A stretch of DNA of 64,000 nucleotides. It comes from Mobula hypostoma (taxonomy: Eukaryota). Positions 11,186 through 23,295 of the stretch are shown here, one piece after another; position 1 is the first letter of the stretch, and every line of letters begins with the position of its first letter. The DNA lies in NCBI RefSeq assembly GCF_963921235.1, contig NC_086097.1, positions 102,922,001-102,986,000 on the forward strand, written 5' to 3'. A model generated the notes under the pieces. That model worked only from the letters and a program-made list of their open reading frames with translations. It did no database searches and was not told where the DNA came from. The translations under genes were made by a program, and so were the position numbers.

Positions 11186-13687
11186 GTGATAGCTGCACAA
11201 ATCCATATTGTAATCATTTGGCTTTGACAAGAATGCTACTAAATAAACCAAGCTGAAAATGAGAAAAGATTTTAAAAAGAGTGAACATTTCTTGTTCCTT
11301 TCTTCTTCTATGTCCATGAGACAGGACATGAATCTACCCTAAATAATTTTGTGATGTTTTGCAAATTTTGAACAATGTTGATGTAGTTTAGTTAAGTGCT
11401 TGTGTTTGTGGAAAATGTTGTTATGGTACTGGAATGGGAAGTAATGATGATGGGCTTTAATTGCACCAATTATTGAAATTTAATATCGTATTGTACTACT
11501 GGGATTCAGTAGAATACAGTGATTTTTTTGGAAGGATTCTTTATTATAATTGCTATGGTTAAGCAATAGGTATATTACTCATTTTGTTTCTCCTCAAAAA
11601 ATTCAGACGTCCTATCCAGCATAGAGTCATGGAAGACAACAGCACAGAAACAGGCCCCTAGTCCTTCTATGCCGTGCTGAACTATTAATCTGCCTACTCC
11701 CATCAACCTGCTCCTGGACCACTGCCCTCCATATCCCTCCCATCCATGTACCTATCAAAATTTCTTTTGAATGTTGAAGTTGAATCCACACCCGCCATTT
11801 CCACTGGCATCTTGTTCCACGTTCTCACCAGCCTCTGAGTGAAGAAGTTCCCCCTGATGCTCCCCTTAAGCATTTCATCTTTCATTCATAACCCATGAAC
11901 TCTAGTTCTCATCTCACCAAATCTCTGTGGAAAAAGCTTGCTTGCATTTACAGTATCTATATCCCTCATAATTTTGTATACTTCTATTAAATCTCCCCTT
12001 TCCAGCAAATTAAGTCCTAATCTATTCAACCTTTCCTTATAACTCATTTCCCCAAGTTCTCCAAACCTCTGGCACCTCACTTGTGGCTAAGGTTATTTTA
12101 AATAGCTGTGCTAGGGCCCCTGTAGTTTCTGCACTAGCTTCCCACAGGGGTGGAGGGAACACCTTGCTAGGCCCGGGATTTATCCACATTAATTTTGCTC
12201 AAGACAGCAAACATCTCCTCCTCTGTAATCTGTATATGGTCCATGATTTCACTGCTTCTTTGCTTCACTTCTATAGACTCTGTGCCTGTCTCCAAAGTAA
12301 ATACAGATGCAAACATTCTATTTAAGATCATGCCCATCTCTTCTGGCTCCATGTATAGATTAACATTCTGATCTTCCTGATGTCAAGTTTTGGCCCTTGC
12401 TATCCTTTTGCTCTTAATATATTTGTAGAAGCCCTCTGAATTCTCCTTCACTTTGTCTGCTAGAGTAACCTTTTACCTTCTTTTAGTCCTCTTGATTTCC
12501 TTAAGTGCTCTCTTGCATTTCTTATTCTCAAGTACCTCATTTGTTCCTTCCTTGCTTATACCTGCGGCTCCTTCTCCTTACCCGGGGACTCATCTTGAAA
12601 GCCAAGGTTCCCTAACCCTGTTATCCTTGCCTTTTATTCTGGCAGGAACATACAAAATCTGTACACTCAAAGTTTCACTTTTGAAGGCCTCCCACTTACC
12701 AAGTACGCTTCAACAGAAGGCACCCTATCTCAATCCATATTGACTGATCTTTTTTGATACCATCAAAATTAACTTCTTCCAATTAAAAATTTCAAACTGA
12801 GGACCACACCTATCCTCCTCCATAATTTTCTTGAAACTAATGGCATTATGATGTCTAGATGCAAAATATTCCCCTACGCAAACTTCTGTCACTTGCCCTG
12901 ACTCATTCCCTATCGGAAATCTAGTATCTCACACTCTGTGCTTGGGACCTATACATACTGATTAAGGAAACTTTCCTGAACATATTTGGCAGAATCTATC
13001 CCATCCAGCCTATTCTTACAGTGTGAGAATCCTAGGCAACATGTGGAAAGTTTAAAAATGCCTATTATCACAACCTTGTGTTTATGGCCGCAGTCTGCGA
13101 TGTCTATACAAATTTGCTACTCTAAATCCCACTGACTGGGGGGGGGGAGGGGAGTCTATAGTATTAACGTTGTCATCCCTTTCTTATTCCTCAATTCCAC
13201 CCATATAGCCTCAGTATCTGCTCTCCAGTCTGTCCTGTGTGAGCATTTTCCCTGATCACTAATGCCACTCTTCCCCCTGTAATCCCTCCCGCTGTATCTA
13301 AAGCAACAGAACCCTGGAGCAATAAGCTGCCAGTCCTGAACCCTGAACCTCCTGCAACTGACTCTCATTAATGGCTAGGGTGTCATATTTCTACATGCTG
13401 ATCCATACCCTAACTCTTTTGCCTTTCCTGCAATACTGATTGCATTGAAATATACACAGCCCTGAACAGTACTCTCACCATGCTCTACCTTTCGATTCCT
13501 GACTTTGTCTGTAGGCTTGACACCATCTGTCTCCTCAGCCACTCCACTATCTGCTCTGGTTACCATCCACATGCAACTCTGGCTCTGGTTCCCAGCCCTG
13601 TGCAGCACTATCAAAGTTTCCTGCAAGCATATTCATTCCCCTTCTAGTTCAGGTACAAACTGTCCCTTCTGTACAGGTTCCACCTTT

Positions 13688-16070
13688 CATAAGACCTAGG
13701 AACAGAATTAGACCATTTATTCCTTCTATCAGAGTGCATGACCATACAATTCCCGACACTGTGGTCCATCTGCCACTTCTTTGCCCATTCTTCTAGTTTG
13801 TTCAAGTCCTTTTGCAGCCTCCCTGCTTCCTCAACGCTACTTGCCCCTTCACCTGTTTTTGTATTGTTGTCGTGGCTATCTCTCGAGGTCGAGAATGATG
13901 GTCTTCGCTCTGAAGAAGTGGCCCAGAGTGAAGACGCCCGTGCGTGTATTTGTTTAACGTGTACTTGATGTTGCACTCCAAGAAGCACACGATACTTCAC
14001 AAATCAACCAACTGATTCCAATGACGTGGAAACCACGACGATTAGAGCTGATGGATTTGTTGCAGCCTTCATCCGCCTTCACAGCCGTTGAGTTTGAAGT
14101 AACTTCATCCGCCTGTTCCACCGTTGAGGTCTTGGTTGGATTGTTCTTTGTCAGGGACCTCACCCTCGTCCACTACGACAAGGTGACAATCCACGGAGAA
14201 GATTTTCGTATCATCTGTAAACCTGGCCACAAAGCTATCAATTCCGTTATCCAAGTCATTGGCATATAATGTAAAAAGAAGTGGTCCTAACACTGATCCC
14301 TTTGGAACAGTCACTGGCATCCAACCAGAAAAAAAAAGCTCCCTTCATTCCCACTCTGCTTCCTGCCAATTTGTCAATCAGCTAATCAGCTAATTTGCTA
14401 TCCATGCTAATATCTCTCCTGTAATACCATGGGTACTTATCTTGTTAAACAGCTTCATATGTGGCAACTTGTCAAAGTCCTTTTGAAAATCCAAGTAAAC
14501 AACATCCACTGACTCTCCTTTGTCCATCCTGTCTGTATTTTCCTTAATGAATTCCAACAGATGTGCCAGGCAAGATTTTCACTTAAGAAAACTGTGTTGA
14601 CTTTGGCCTATTAAATCACGTACCTGAAAGTACCCTGAAATCTCCTTAACAATTGATTCCAATATCTTCTCAACACTTGAGGTAAGACTAACTGGTCTAT
14701 AATTTCCTTTCTTCTGTGTCCCTGCCTCCTTGAAGAGTGGAGTGACATCTGGAATTTTCCAATCCTCCAGAACCATGCCAGAATCTCTTGTTTCTTGAAA
14801 GATCATTACTAATGCCTCCACAATCACTTTCAGCTACCTTTTTCAGAACACTGTGGTGAAGTCCATTTGGTCTAGTTGACTTATCTACCTTGAGACCTTT
14901 CAGGTATCCAAGCACCTTCCCCATAGCAATAGTAACTACACTCACTTCTGCCCCCAACACTCTTGAACTTCCTGTATACCGGTAGCATCTTCCACAGTGA
15001 AGACTGATGAAAAGTACTTAGTTTGTCTACTGTTAATTTATCCCCCTCCTGCGCAATTTCCTGTGGTCCGATATTAACTCTTGCCCTCTTTTACTCTTTA
15101 TGTATCTAAACACTTTTGGTATCCTGTTTGCTGTTATTGGCTAATTTACCTTCATATTTGATCTTTTCCTTTGTAATGGCTTTTTTTGGTTGCCTTCCAT
15201 TGCTTTTTAAAAGCTTCCCAGTCCTCTACCTACATGCCCTCTGTTTTGATCTTTTTATGTTGTCTTTGACTTCCCTGTTCGGCCATGGTTGCATTATCTT
15301 GCCTGTGTAATATTTCATTTTTTAACAACAGTTACATCACCCCTTCTGCCTACCTGCCTGTCCTTTCAATACAATGTGTATTCTTGGATGTTAAGCTCCG
15401 AACTATAATCTTTCAGCCACGACTCAGAGATGCCCATAACATCGTACTTGCCAATCTCTTAAACGTGTGGCAAGATCATCTACCTTATTCTGTATTTTGT
15501 GTGCATTCAAATATAACATCCGCAGCCCTGTATTCATCACCCTTTTTGCTTTTGTCTCCATGTTACACTGCAACTGATCCCCACTGACTGCAAATTTGCC
15601 CTATTTTCTGCCTGTCCTTCCTGACAGTCTCATTGAAGCTGCTTGTATGCCAACTGCCACATTCTCATCACTCTGATACCCAACTCCCTCCAAATTAGTT
15701 TAAACCCTCCCCAACAGCTCTAGCAAAGCTACCCAAGGATATTAGTGACCCTTGGCTCCAGGTGTAACCCATTCCTTTTGTACTGGTCATACCTTCCCCA
15801 GAAGAGATTCCAATGATCTGAAGCCCTGCCCCCTGAACCAGTTCCTCAGCCACACATTCATCTGCCAAATCATCCTATTCTTGCCCTCACTGGCGTGTGG
15901 CACAGGCAGCGATCCAGAGATTGCTGGAGGTCGTTCTTTTCAGCTTTCTACCTAACTACCTAAATTCTCTTTTCAGGGCCTCCTCCCTTTTCCTACCGAT
16001 GTCATTAGTGCCAATATGTACTAAGACTTCTGGCTGCTCACCCTCCACCTTTAGAATGCTCCCCCTGCCC
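13688..16070 (-). mobile_element. CR1 LINE copy B nested in ORF1 of copy A
   Basis: Own 3' tail cataagacctagg; GSVLGPLLF / FTDDTK RT motifs; NYRPVSLTS; second esterase segment; copy A resumes at ~16075. Confidence 0.8.
13865..14202 (-). mobile_element. Non-autonomous bipartite RTE-derived element (338 bp)
   Basis: TSD tttttgtat / ttttcgtat; RTE-like 5' end CACCTTGTCGTAGTGGA; 3' CATCATTCTCGACCTCGAGAGATAGCC followed by a CAA-type tail. Confidence 0.65.
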
Positions 16071-19000
16071 CTCTCTTTCCTGGAAGAGAGTCTAATGATC
16101 CAAAAATCTGAAGCCTTCCCTCTAGCACCATTTCCTTAGCCACGTGTTAAACTGTATGATCTTCCTGTTTCTGGCTTCACTAGCACATGGCATGTATGAC
16201 AATCCTGGGGTCACAACCCTGGAGGTCCTGTCCCTTAACTTAGCACCTAACTGCCTGAACTCACTTTGCAGGACCTCATCACTCTTCCTATTAATGTTAT
16301 TGGTACTGATGTGGACCATGACCTCTGACAGCTCACCTTCACTTAAGAAAGCTGCGGACTCGATTGAACTCTTCCTGAACCTGGCATCCTTGCATGCAAC
16401 GTATCATCCTAGAATCTCGTTCTCATTCACACAGCTGTTCACCTCGCATTGAATCCCCTATCACTACAGCTTGCCTCTTTTTCCCTCTTTCCTTCTGAGC
16501 CACATAGCCAGACTCTGTGCCGGAGACCTGATCTAGGTAGCTAAGTCATCCCACCCCCAACGTCATGCAAAGCAGTATACTTCTTGTTAAGGGGAATGAC
16601 CATATGGGTACTCTGCACTGGTTGCTTATCTCTTTTCCGCCCCCTGACAATCATCCAGTTACCCATGCCCTGCACCGTAGAGGTAACTACCTCCCCGTCT
16701 GACCTGTCGATCAATCCCTCAGCCTCTGAAATGATCCAAAGTTCATCCAGCTCCCGCTCCAATTCCTTAACACAATCTGAAAGAAACTGCACTTCTTGCA
16801 GCTGTAGTCATCCCAGACACTGGAGGTCTCCCTGCCTTCCCAGATCCTGGAAGAGGAGCATTCCGTTATCTTACCTGTTATCCTCACTGCTCTTAACTGT
16901 GCAATAAGTAAGAGAGAAAAATTAAATAAAAAAAATCTACATATGGTCTTTGCCTCTCCTGGCTGATGCCTATGTGAGCCCAAGCCTGAACTCCCCACTC
17001 ATACAATGGCTGCCCCATTTATGCCTAACTTTTTATCGGCCCTTGTGCCGAATTATGCACAATCCAAAGTCTCCTCGGGAATGGTAGTGCACAGAATGTC
17101 TCAACTGCCTCATTCGCTTCTTTTGAAATCCATCTCCTCCTATGCAATCCAACATCTCTTTGGAGCCAAGGCACGCAGATATCCGGTGAGAAATATTAAA
17201 GTGATAATCAGTGGCTTGGTGAAATTCAGTTCTCTGTTAGATTAGTTGTTTGGAATTAAAAATTCTTGTTTGAACTGCTGGCTAATGGAAACATTCCCAG
17301 TGCAAGGGAATAGAAGTAGATTTCAACATATCCAGCATGACTCCGAGTTAAGTGATTATCCAGCAGTGTTATGTGTAAGTGTTAAAACTTCTACCCTTTC
17401 TTTATATTTTATAGTAAAACTTTAAATTTAAAGTAATTAAGACTGGTGTTGTAACTTTAGTATGTGGGAGCTAGTGACTATTGGTATCCACACAGAAAAT
17501 TATTGCAGGTAATGTGAAGAATTTCTATTTGGAATTGATGTGCTAGATTTCAAGACTTGGATACTGGGATTCATTAGGGAAAGGGAAAATTACTGGGATA
17601 TCTTGTTTTAATAAGCCGTCAGATTGATTGTTCAAAAGGGACCATGGTATTTAGTTGCTTGTGAAGAAGGTTCACTTCTGTTTAAGGGTAGAATTGATGC
17701 AATATTCAACAAGAAATGTGTGTGGGAAAAGCAGAGACTGGAAGCAGGCTGAGCAAATTGACTACAAGAGCATAGTACAGGGACTATAAAAGTTGGAGAA
17801 GTGAGAAAAGTTATTGTGATAGGGGATATTATATTTGGGGGCAGAGTACTGTTTCCTGAAGCCATCTGCATGAGTCCCAAAGGTTTTATTACCTGTGTTG
17901 TACCAAGGTCAAGTGTATCTCTATGGATCTAGAGCAATGTGATGGGAAGGATTGATCCATAATTCTGATCCAGGTGGGAACAAACACCAGACAGGATGAA
18001 AGAGTTTCTGCTCAAGGAGCAGCCAGGATCCAAAGTAAAAAGCAGGTCACAAAGCTAGTAATTTGTAGATAACTTTCTGAGCCATGTGTGAATTGGTTCC
18101 AGGGTCACAAGAAGGGAATTGAATACATGATGCCACGTTTGGTGTGAGAAATGGGTTTTGATTCAGTGGGCATGGCAAAAGTAATGAGGAGGTGGGAGCT
18201 GACCCTTTAGGAAGGGTTTCGCTGGAATCAAGTTGGGATCAATATTCTAACAAATCAAATAACTAGTACTATAGTCAAATTTGAAACTAAATTGTGTGGA
18301 GGCTTTGGGTGAGAAGAAATTTAGGACTTGTAAAGGGAAAAGATAAAGTGATAAATAAGGTAGTAAACAAGACGCTTATGAAGGGATAGTGCAAACAGCA
18401 ATAAGCATATCTCTCCAATTAGAGTGAAAGCACAGGGAAATTTGGTAGTACAACAAACATGGGTATATTTTAGAAAGCCAGTACAGAATGTGGTTGGGAG
18501 TTACTTGTGGAAAAGATGGCCAATAAGAAATGAGGGGGAAGGGTAACCTTGATAGTAAAGAATGGGATATATATAGCTAGGGTGCCTAAGACTTTTGCAT
18601 AGTACTGTATTTGTCAACTTGGATCAGAAAGCGAGTTTGTAAATCTGGTGGGAGTGGAGGATGTTAGGAATGGTGAGGGTGGAGTGCCACATTACATGTA
18701 GACTGGGTAAATGAAATTATGTGACAGGTAAATTCATAGGCTATGAGAAATGGTTTTGTAGATCTTTTTGTTGAAAAACCAACCAGGGAAGTGCTATGTT
18801 ATATCTAGTGTTATACAATGAGAAGAGGATAATTCATAACTTGGATACAGGAGGTCTTTAGGGAATAGTGATCATAATATGATGGAAATTCATAAAAGAA
18901 TTAAAGATTATTTTGCTCAATCTGAAACCAGGACTTTAAATAGACAAAATGCAGAAGAACGAGTTGTGAATTGGGCATGATAGATTAGGAAAATTCATGA

Positions 19001-19355
19001 AAAGATATGGTAATAAACAGGCAGTAGCTAAAATTTAAAGAATTGCTGACATTTAAGGCTCAGGTATCTGAGGGAATATGTCTTGGCTGTAGCTAATAAG
19101 AGAAGCTAAAGATACTGTTAATCTGTTGATACTGTTGAGGAAAAATGCAGCACGTCTAAAGGTTGAGAAAAGTTTAGAATTTGGTAAAGGAGAGGCAAGT
19201 ATGAAAGGAAAATGCAATAGCAAGCATGTATCCATAGATATGTAAAAAGAAAAGTTTAACAAAAGTTAATGCAGACCCTTTATAGACTGAGACAGAAAAA
19301 AACACATTGGGAGTAAGGAAGAGGCATATAAATTAAATACAGTTGATTCTGGGTA

Positions 19356-20796
19356 CAGGTGTCCCCCGCTTTTTGAACGTTCGCTTTACGAAACCTCACT
19401 GTTACGAAAGACCTACATTAGTTACCTGTTTTTGCTTTCAGAAGGTGTTTTCACTGTTATGGAAAAAAAGCAGTGCGCGGGGAAAATCAGTGTGCAATAA
19501 AAGGCAGCGCGCGCCCCGAACATCCGCTCTCCCCCTGATTCGGAACGACATTGCTTTAACATGTGCCTGTGAGCAGCCGTTTGCAAGATGAGTTCTAAGG
19601 TATTGGAAAACACTTGGCATAAAACTAGACATATTTAAGCGTTTCGATCGTGGTGAACGAAGTAAGGACTAAATGAGTTTGGCTTGTGGAAGCTGATGAA
19701 GATGATGTTGAAGAGGTTTTGGCATCCCATGACCAAGAACTGATAGATGAAGAGCTGATGCAATTGGAAGAGGAAAGGATAACAATTGAAACTGAATACA
19801 GTAGCGAATGGACCGAAAGTGAAGTCGTCCAGGAACTGAATGTGAAGCAACTGCGTGAGATTTTCGCTGCAATGATAAAGTATGACTTTAATTTTGAAAG
19901 GGTACGTAGGTTTAGGAGATATTTGCAGGATGGTTTCAGTCCTTACAAAGAACTGTATGATAGAAAAATGCGCGAGGCTCAGCAGTCAAGCAAGCTGCGC
20001 ATCAGCCATGGCAGATGACAAACCTCGACCTTCGACATCGAGGCAGGCAGTCATAGGAGCGATTCGCAGAGAATGCAGCGGTAGCCGGGAGGCGCACAGC
20101 ACATCTTTAAGAAAAAAACCGAAATAAACATGCTGATTAACTAGGTGCCGCCCTACACGTAATTAATTATCATGTTTATTTCGGCTTTTTTCTTAAAGAT
20201 GTGCTGGATGCCTCCTGGCTACCGCTGGACCCCTGCATGCTTCGCGGTTCGGTATCTGTCGGCGGCCTGTAGGGTGAGGGCCACTGCACCACCCCAACCT
20301 CCGACGACTGAGTCTAACACACCATCATCAGTGTGCTCAGTGCAGTGATACTACACTGTACATACATTATTTCTACTTTATATAGGCTGTGTATTTTTAC
20401 GTGTTATTTGGTATGAATTGGCAGCTTCATAGCTTAAAGGTTACTAGAGAGCGCTTGCACCGTGTTTTTGCCAACAGCGCTTGTGTGAGATTTTCTGCCG
20501 ACGGCGCTTGCGCGAGATTTTCACTACAGAGAACAGTGCAGTAATGAGTGTGGAAAAGTATTTCTACTTTATATAGGCTGTGTATTTATCATATCATTCC
20601 TGCTTTTACTATATGTTACTATTATTTTAGGTTTTATGTGTTATTTGGCATGATTTGGTAGGTTATTTTTGGGTCTGTGAACGCTCACAAATTTTTCCCA
20701 TATAAATAAATGGTAATTGCTTCTTCGCTCTACGACATTTCAGCTTACGAACCATTTCATAGGAATGCTCTACCTTTGGATGGTAGGGGAAACCTG
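19356..20796 (+). mobile_element. Internally deleted Tigger (pogo) transposon (inner)
   Basis: TA TSD; TIRs CAGGTGTCCCCC / GGGGAAACCTG; HTH start TLGIKLDIFKRFDRGE joined to acidic C-terminus DEDDVEEVLASHDQEL; DDE core absent. Confidence 0.88.
20076..20227. repeat. Long imperfect inverted repeat inside the Tigger element
   Basis: Arms of about 65 bp (20076-20140 and 20163-20227) with a ~22-nt spacer. Confidence 0.9.
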
Positions 20797-22986
20797 TAAT
20801 TGGCACCAGTACATTTTGGCCCAATTAAGCAGCTGCCCCAATTAGCTGAAGTTCCATAGGATTGGTTAAAAATGTATTTTTTTAAAAAGACAAACTACTA
20901 TTAAACTGAGTAACCAATGGAATACAGAACAAATCAAACACTAGCAAAACTGTAAAACTGTATTAGTTCCTAATAGATATTGGCAGAGTGTATGCTGTGT
21001 GTTTTTTTTTTGATTAACTGTAAATGAGCAAAACCAGCCAGACACCTAGTGCAGAAAATGGACTGTCTTCATACAATGCTTTCGACAATTGCATCCTTCA
21101 CATCCTCATTTTCATTGTAACGTTCAAGATGATTGTTGCTATTTTAATTCTTTGTGGTCCCTAACTTGTTGAAGTAGGGGATTTGTTTCCTTTTCACATC
21201 TGGCTGTTTCTAGCATCTCCAAACCTGAATGCTTGGAACTGCAGTGAGCAAGACAGTTCAGAATTGTCTTACTGCATAGTTCTCACCAACTATCAGTGAC
21301 AAAACTCACTGCTTTTTGAACACACACAACTGATGCTATTTAAAAACTATTTGCTCTAATCATAATATAGTGTTTCACAGCCGCACAAGTGCATGCATCT
21401 GACTGTAGTCAGACATTTTGGCAACAGTCTCTTGTCCCAGTTAAGCAGAGTAGTGTCCCAAATAAATGAAAAGAATACCAGTTCTTTTCTTGATTAGATT
21501 TTGTTCTTAAGAGTATCCCAGATAAGTGGCTACCCAATTAACTGGAATCCACTGTATTTTGTCTGTTTCTGTGAAGGAAAAATGTCAATGAGCTTAAAAA
21601 AATTTGATTAAAGAAATCTATTGAAGCAATTAACAGGACTGAAAGGTGATAAATTGGGCCTTTGCTTGCATCTCAGTTTTGAAAGTAGCAGCAAAGGAAA
21701 TACTGAATGCATTGGTTGTCAGTTTACAAAACTCTATAGATTCTTGAATGGTTTCCGCCATATGGAAAGGGGTGAATTTACCCACTGTTTTGAGAAGAGG
21801 GTGAAAGAAAATTGGCTGTGTCAGCAAACCTGTTGTTAGTGCTAAGAAAAAACTGTGGTTTTATTGTTAAGTGGTAATGGGGTGTTTTGACTCTACTTAA
21901 TCCTGTTACTATTAACATGTATTTATGAAAAATAAATCATTTGATAACCTACTAACCACAGGAAAAGATGGGAAACCTATTGTTATTGGTACACTTGAGC
22001 TTTCAGATCAGTTTTGAAAAGGTGTTACAGCATAAGTTATTGTGAATAATATAAATATTTGTACTGAAGATCAGTGCACAGAAACTGTTGGAATAAATAG
22101 GCCATTTTTTTTTAAGTTTAGAGACTGACTAGTCGGGTGCCACAGGGATAAGTGCTGGGGCTCCAGGAGTTTGTAATGTATTATCAATGATTAAGAAATT
22201 CCATGTAATATATTAAGGTTGCGGATGATGCAAAGCTAGGAGCTGGTGTGGGTTATTAGAAGGCGCAGTGAAGCTCTTGGATGAATATAGATAAGCTAAA
22301 TGAAGGGCATAAATAAAATTAATCTATTTTCGTAGAGGGAAAAAGCAAAGTGTTAAAGGATTCATCTGTGCTGGTGTTCACAGGGATTTGGAAGTTAACA
22401 GGTCCTCAAGCAAATTAGAAGGCAGATGTTACATGGCTTTTATAAAAGGAAATCAGCTACAAGAGGTATAATGCTTACTATGATTGTCTAGGGCCTTGAG
22501 GTTACAACCAGATGATTGTGCAGAGTTCTCCCTTCCTTAGGAAGGGTATACTTGCAATAGAGCTGTGCAGTGAACATCCACAAGGTTGACCCCTAGGATG
22601 GGAGAGTTGTTATATAAGAAACAATTTTAATAATATTGGTCATATAATGTTGAATTTAGAAGGAAAAAGTTGTTTCCTGAGAGACATAGATCATGGTCAC
22701 AAAGTAAGCGGTAGCTATATTGGATGGTAATGTGAGAATTTTCTTCATCCATTGACTACTGGGTTCTGGGAATTCTCCATGCAAGGGGATTAAGGCTGCT
22801 TTGCTGAAATTTTTAATCACATTTGTTTTAGAATTGTTTGTCTGCTCTTATGTTCTTCACTTTTGAATGGAATTTTTTTGGAAGCAGCATTGAAATAGGA
22901 TAAAAGGAAAGGTGAAAAGAAAACTTAAAAAAGAACCTTTCTGAAAATTACAAAAAGCAGCTCAATAGTTACATGTACTGTAGTTA

Positions 22987-23295
22987 ATCAGAATCAGGTT
23001 TATTATCACCGGCATGTAACATGAAATTTGTTAAATTAGCAGCATCAGTTCAATGCATAATCTAGCAGAGAGAGGAAAAAAAATAAAACAATAATAAACA
23101 AGTATATCAATTACGTATATTGAATAGATTATTTAAAAATGTGCAAAAACAGAAATACTGTATATTAAAAAAGTGAGGTAGTGTCCAAAGATTCAAAGTC
23201 CATTTAGGAATCAAATGGCAGAGGGGAAGAAGCTGTTCCTCAGTCGCTGAGTGTGTGCCTTCAGGCATCTGTATCTCCTACCTGATGGTACAATG
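22987..23295 (-). mobile_element. Rex1/Babar-like LINE 3' fragment
   Basis: aatcagaatcagg tail; SGRRYRxLKAHT..RNSFFPSAI-type end. Confidence 0.7.

Larger units (their letters stand above)
11620..17190 (-). mobile_element. CR1 LINE copy A (RT core deleted near 12057; interrupted at 13688-16070)
   Basis: catagagtcat tail, ORF2 C-terminus, EN fragments (IWVELRNKKG), SGNH esterase ORF1 (VHISTNNI...FNTWL), CSS..WE..DDYSCKKC N-terminus. Confidence 0.85.
19340..21554. mobile_element. Non-autonomous pogo/Tigger-like DNA transposon (outer)
   Basis: TA-flanked TIRs CAGTTGATTCTGGGTAATTGG (split by the inner element) and CCAATTAACTGGAATCCACTG. Confidence 0.8.
17760..22800 (+). mobile_element. Old, highly degraded near-full-length CR1 interrupted by DNA transposons at 19340-21554
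   Basis: Residual esterase (gtgataggggat, gtgggaacaaac), EN (gggaatagtgatcataatatg) and RT (cagggat..gtgctgggg, gcggatgatgcaaag) signatures. Confidence 0.7.

Noticed and set aside
19686..20018. Domesticated TIGD gene
   Set aside because: Flanked by TIRs and TA TSD, with the DDE domain deleted.
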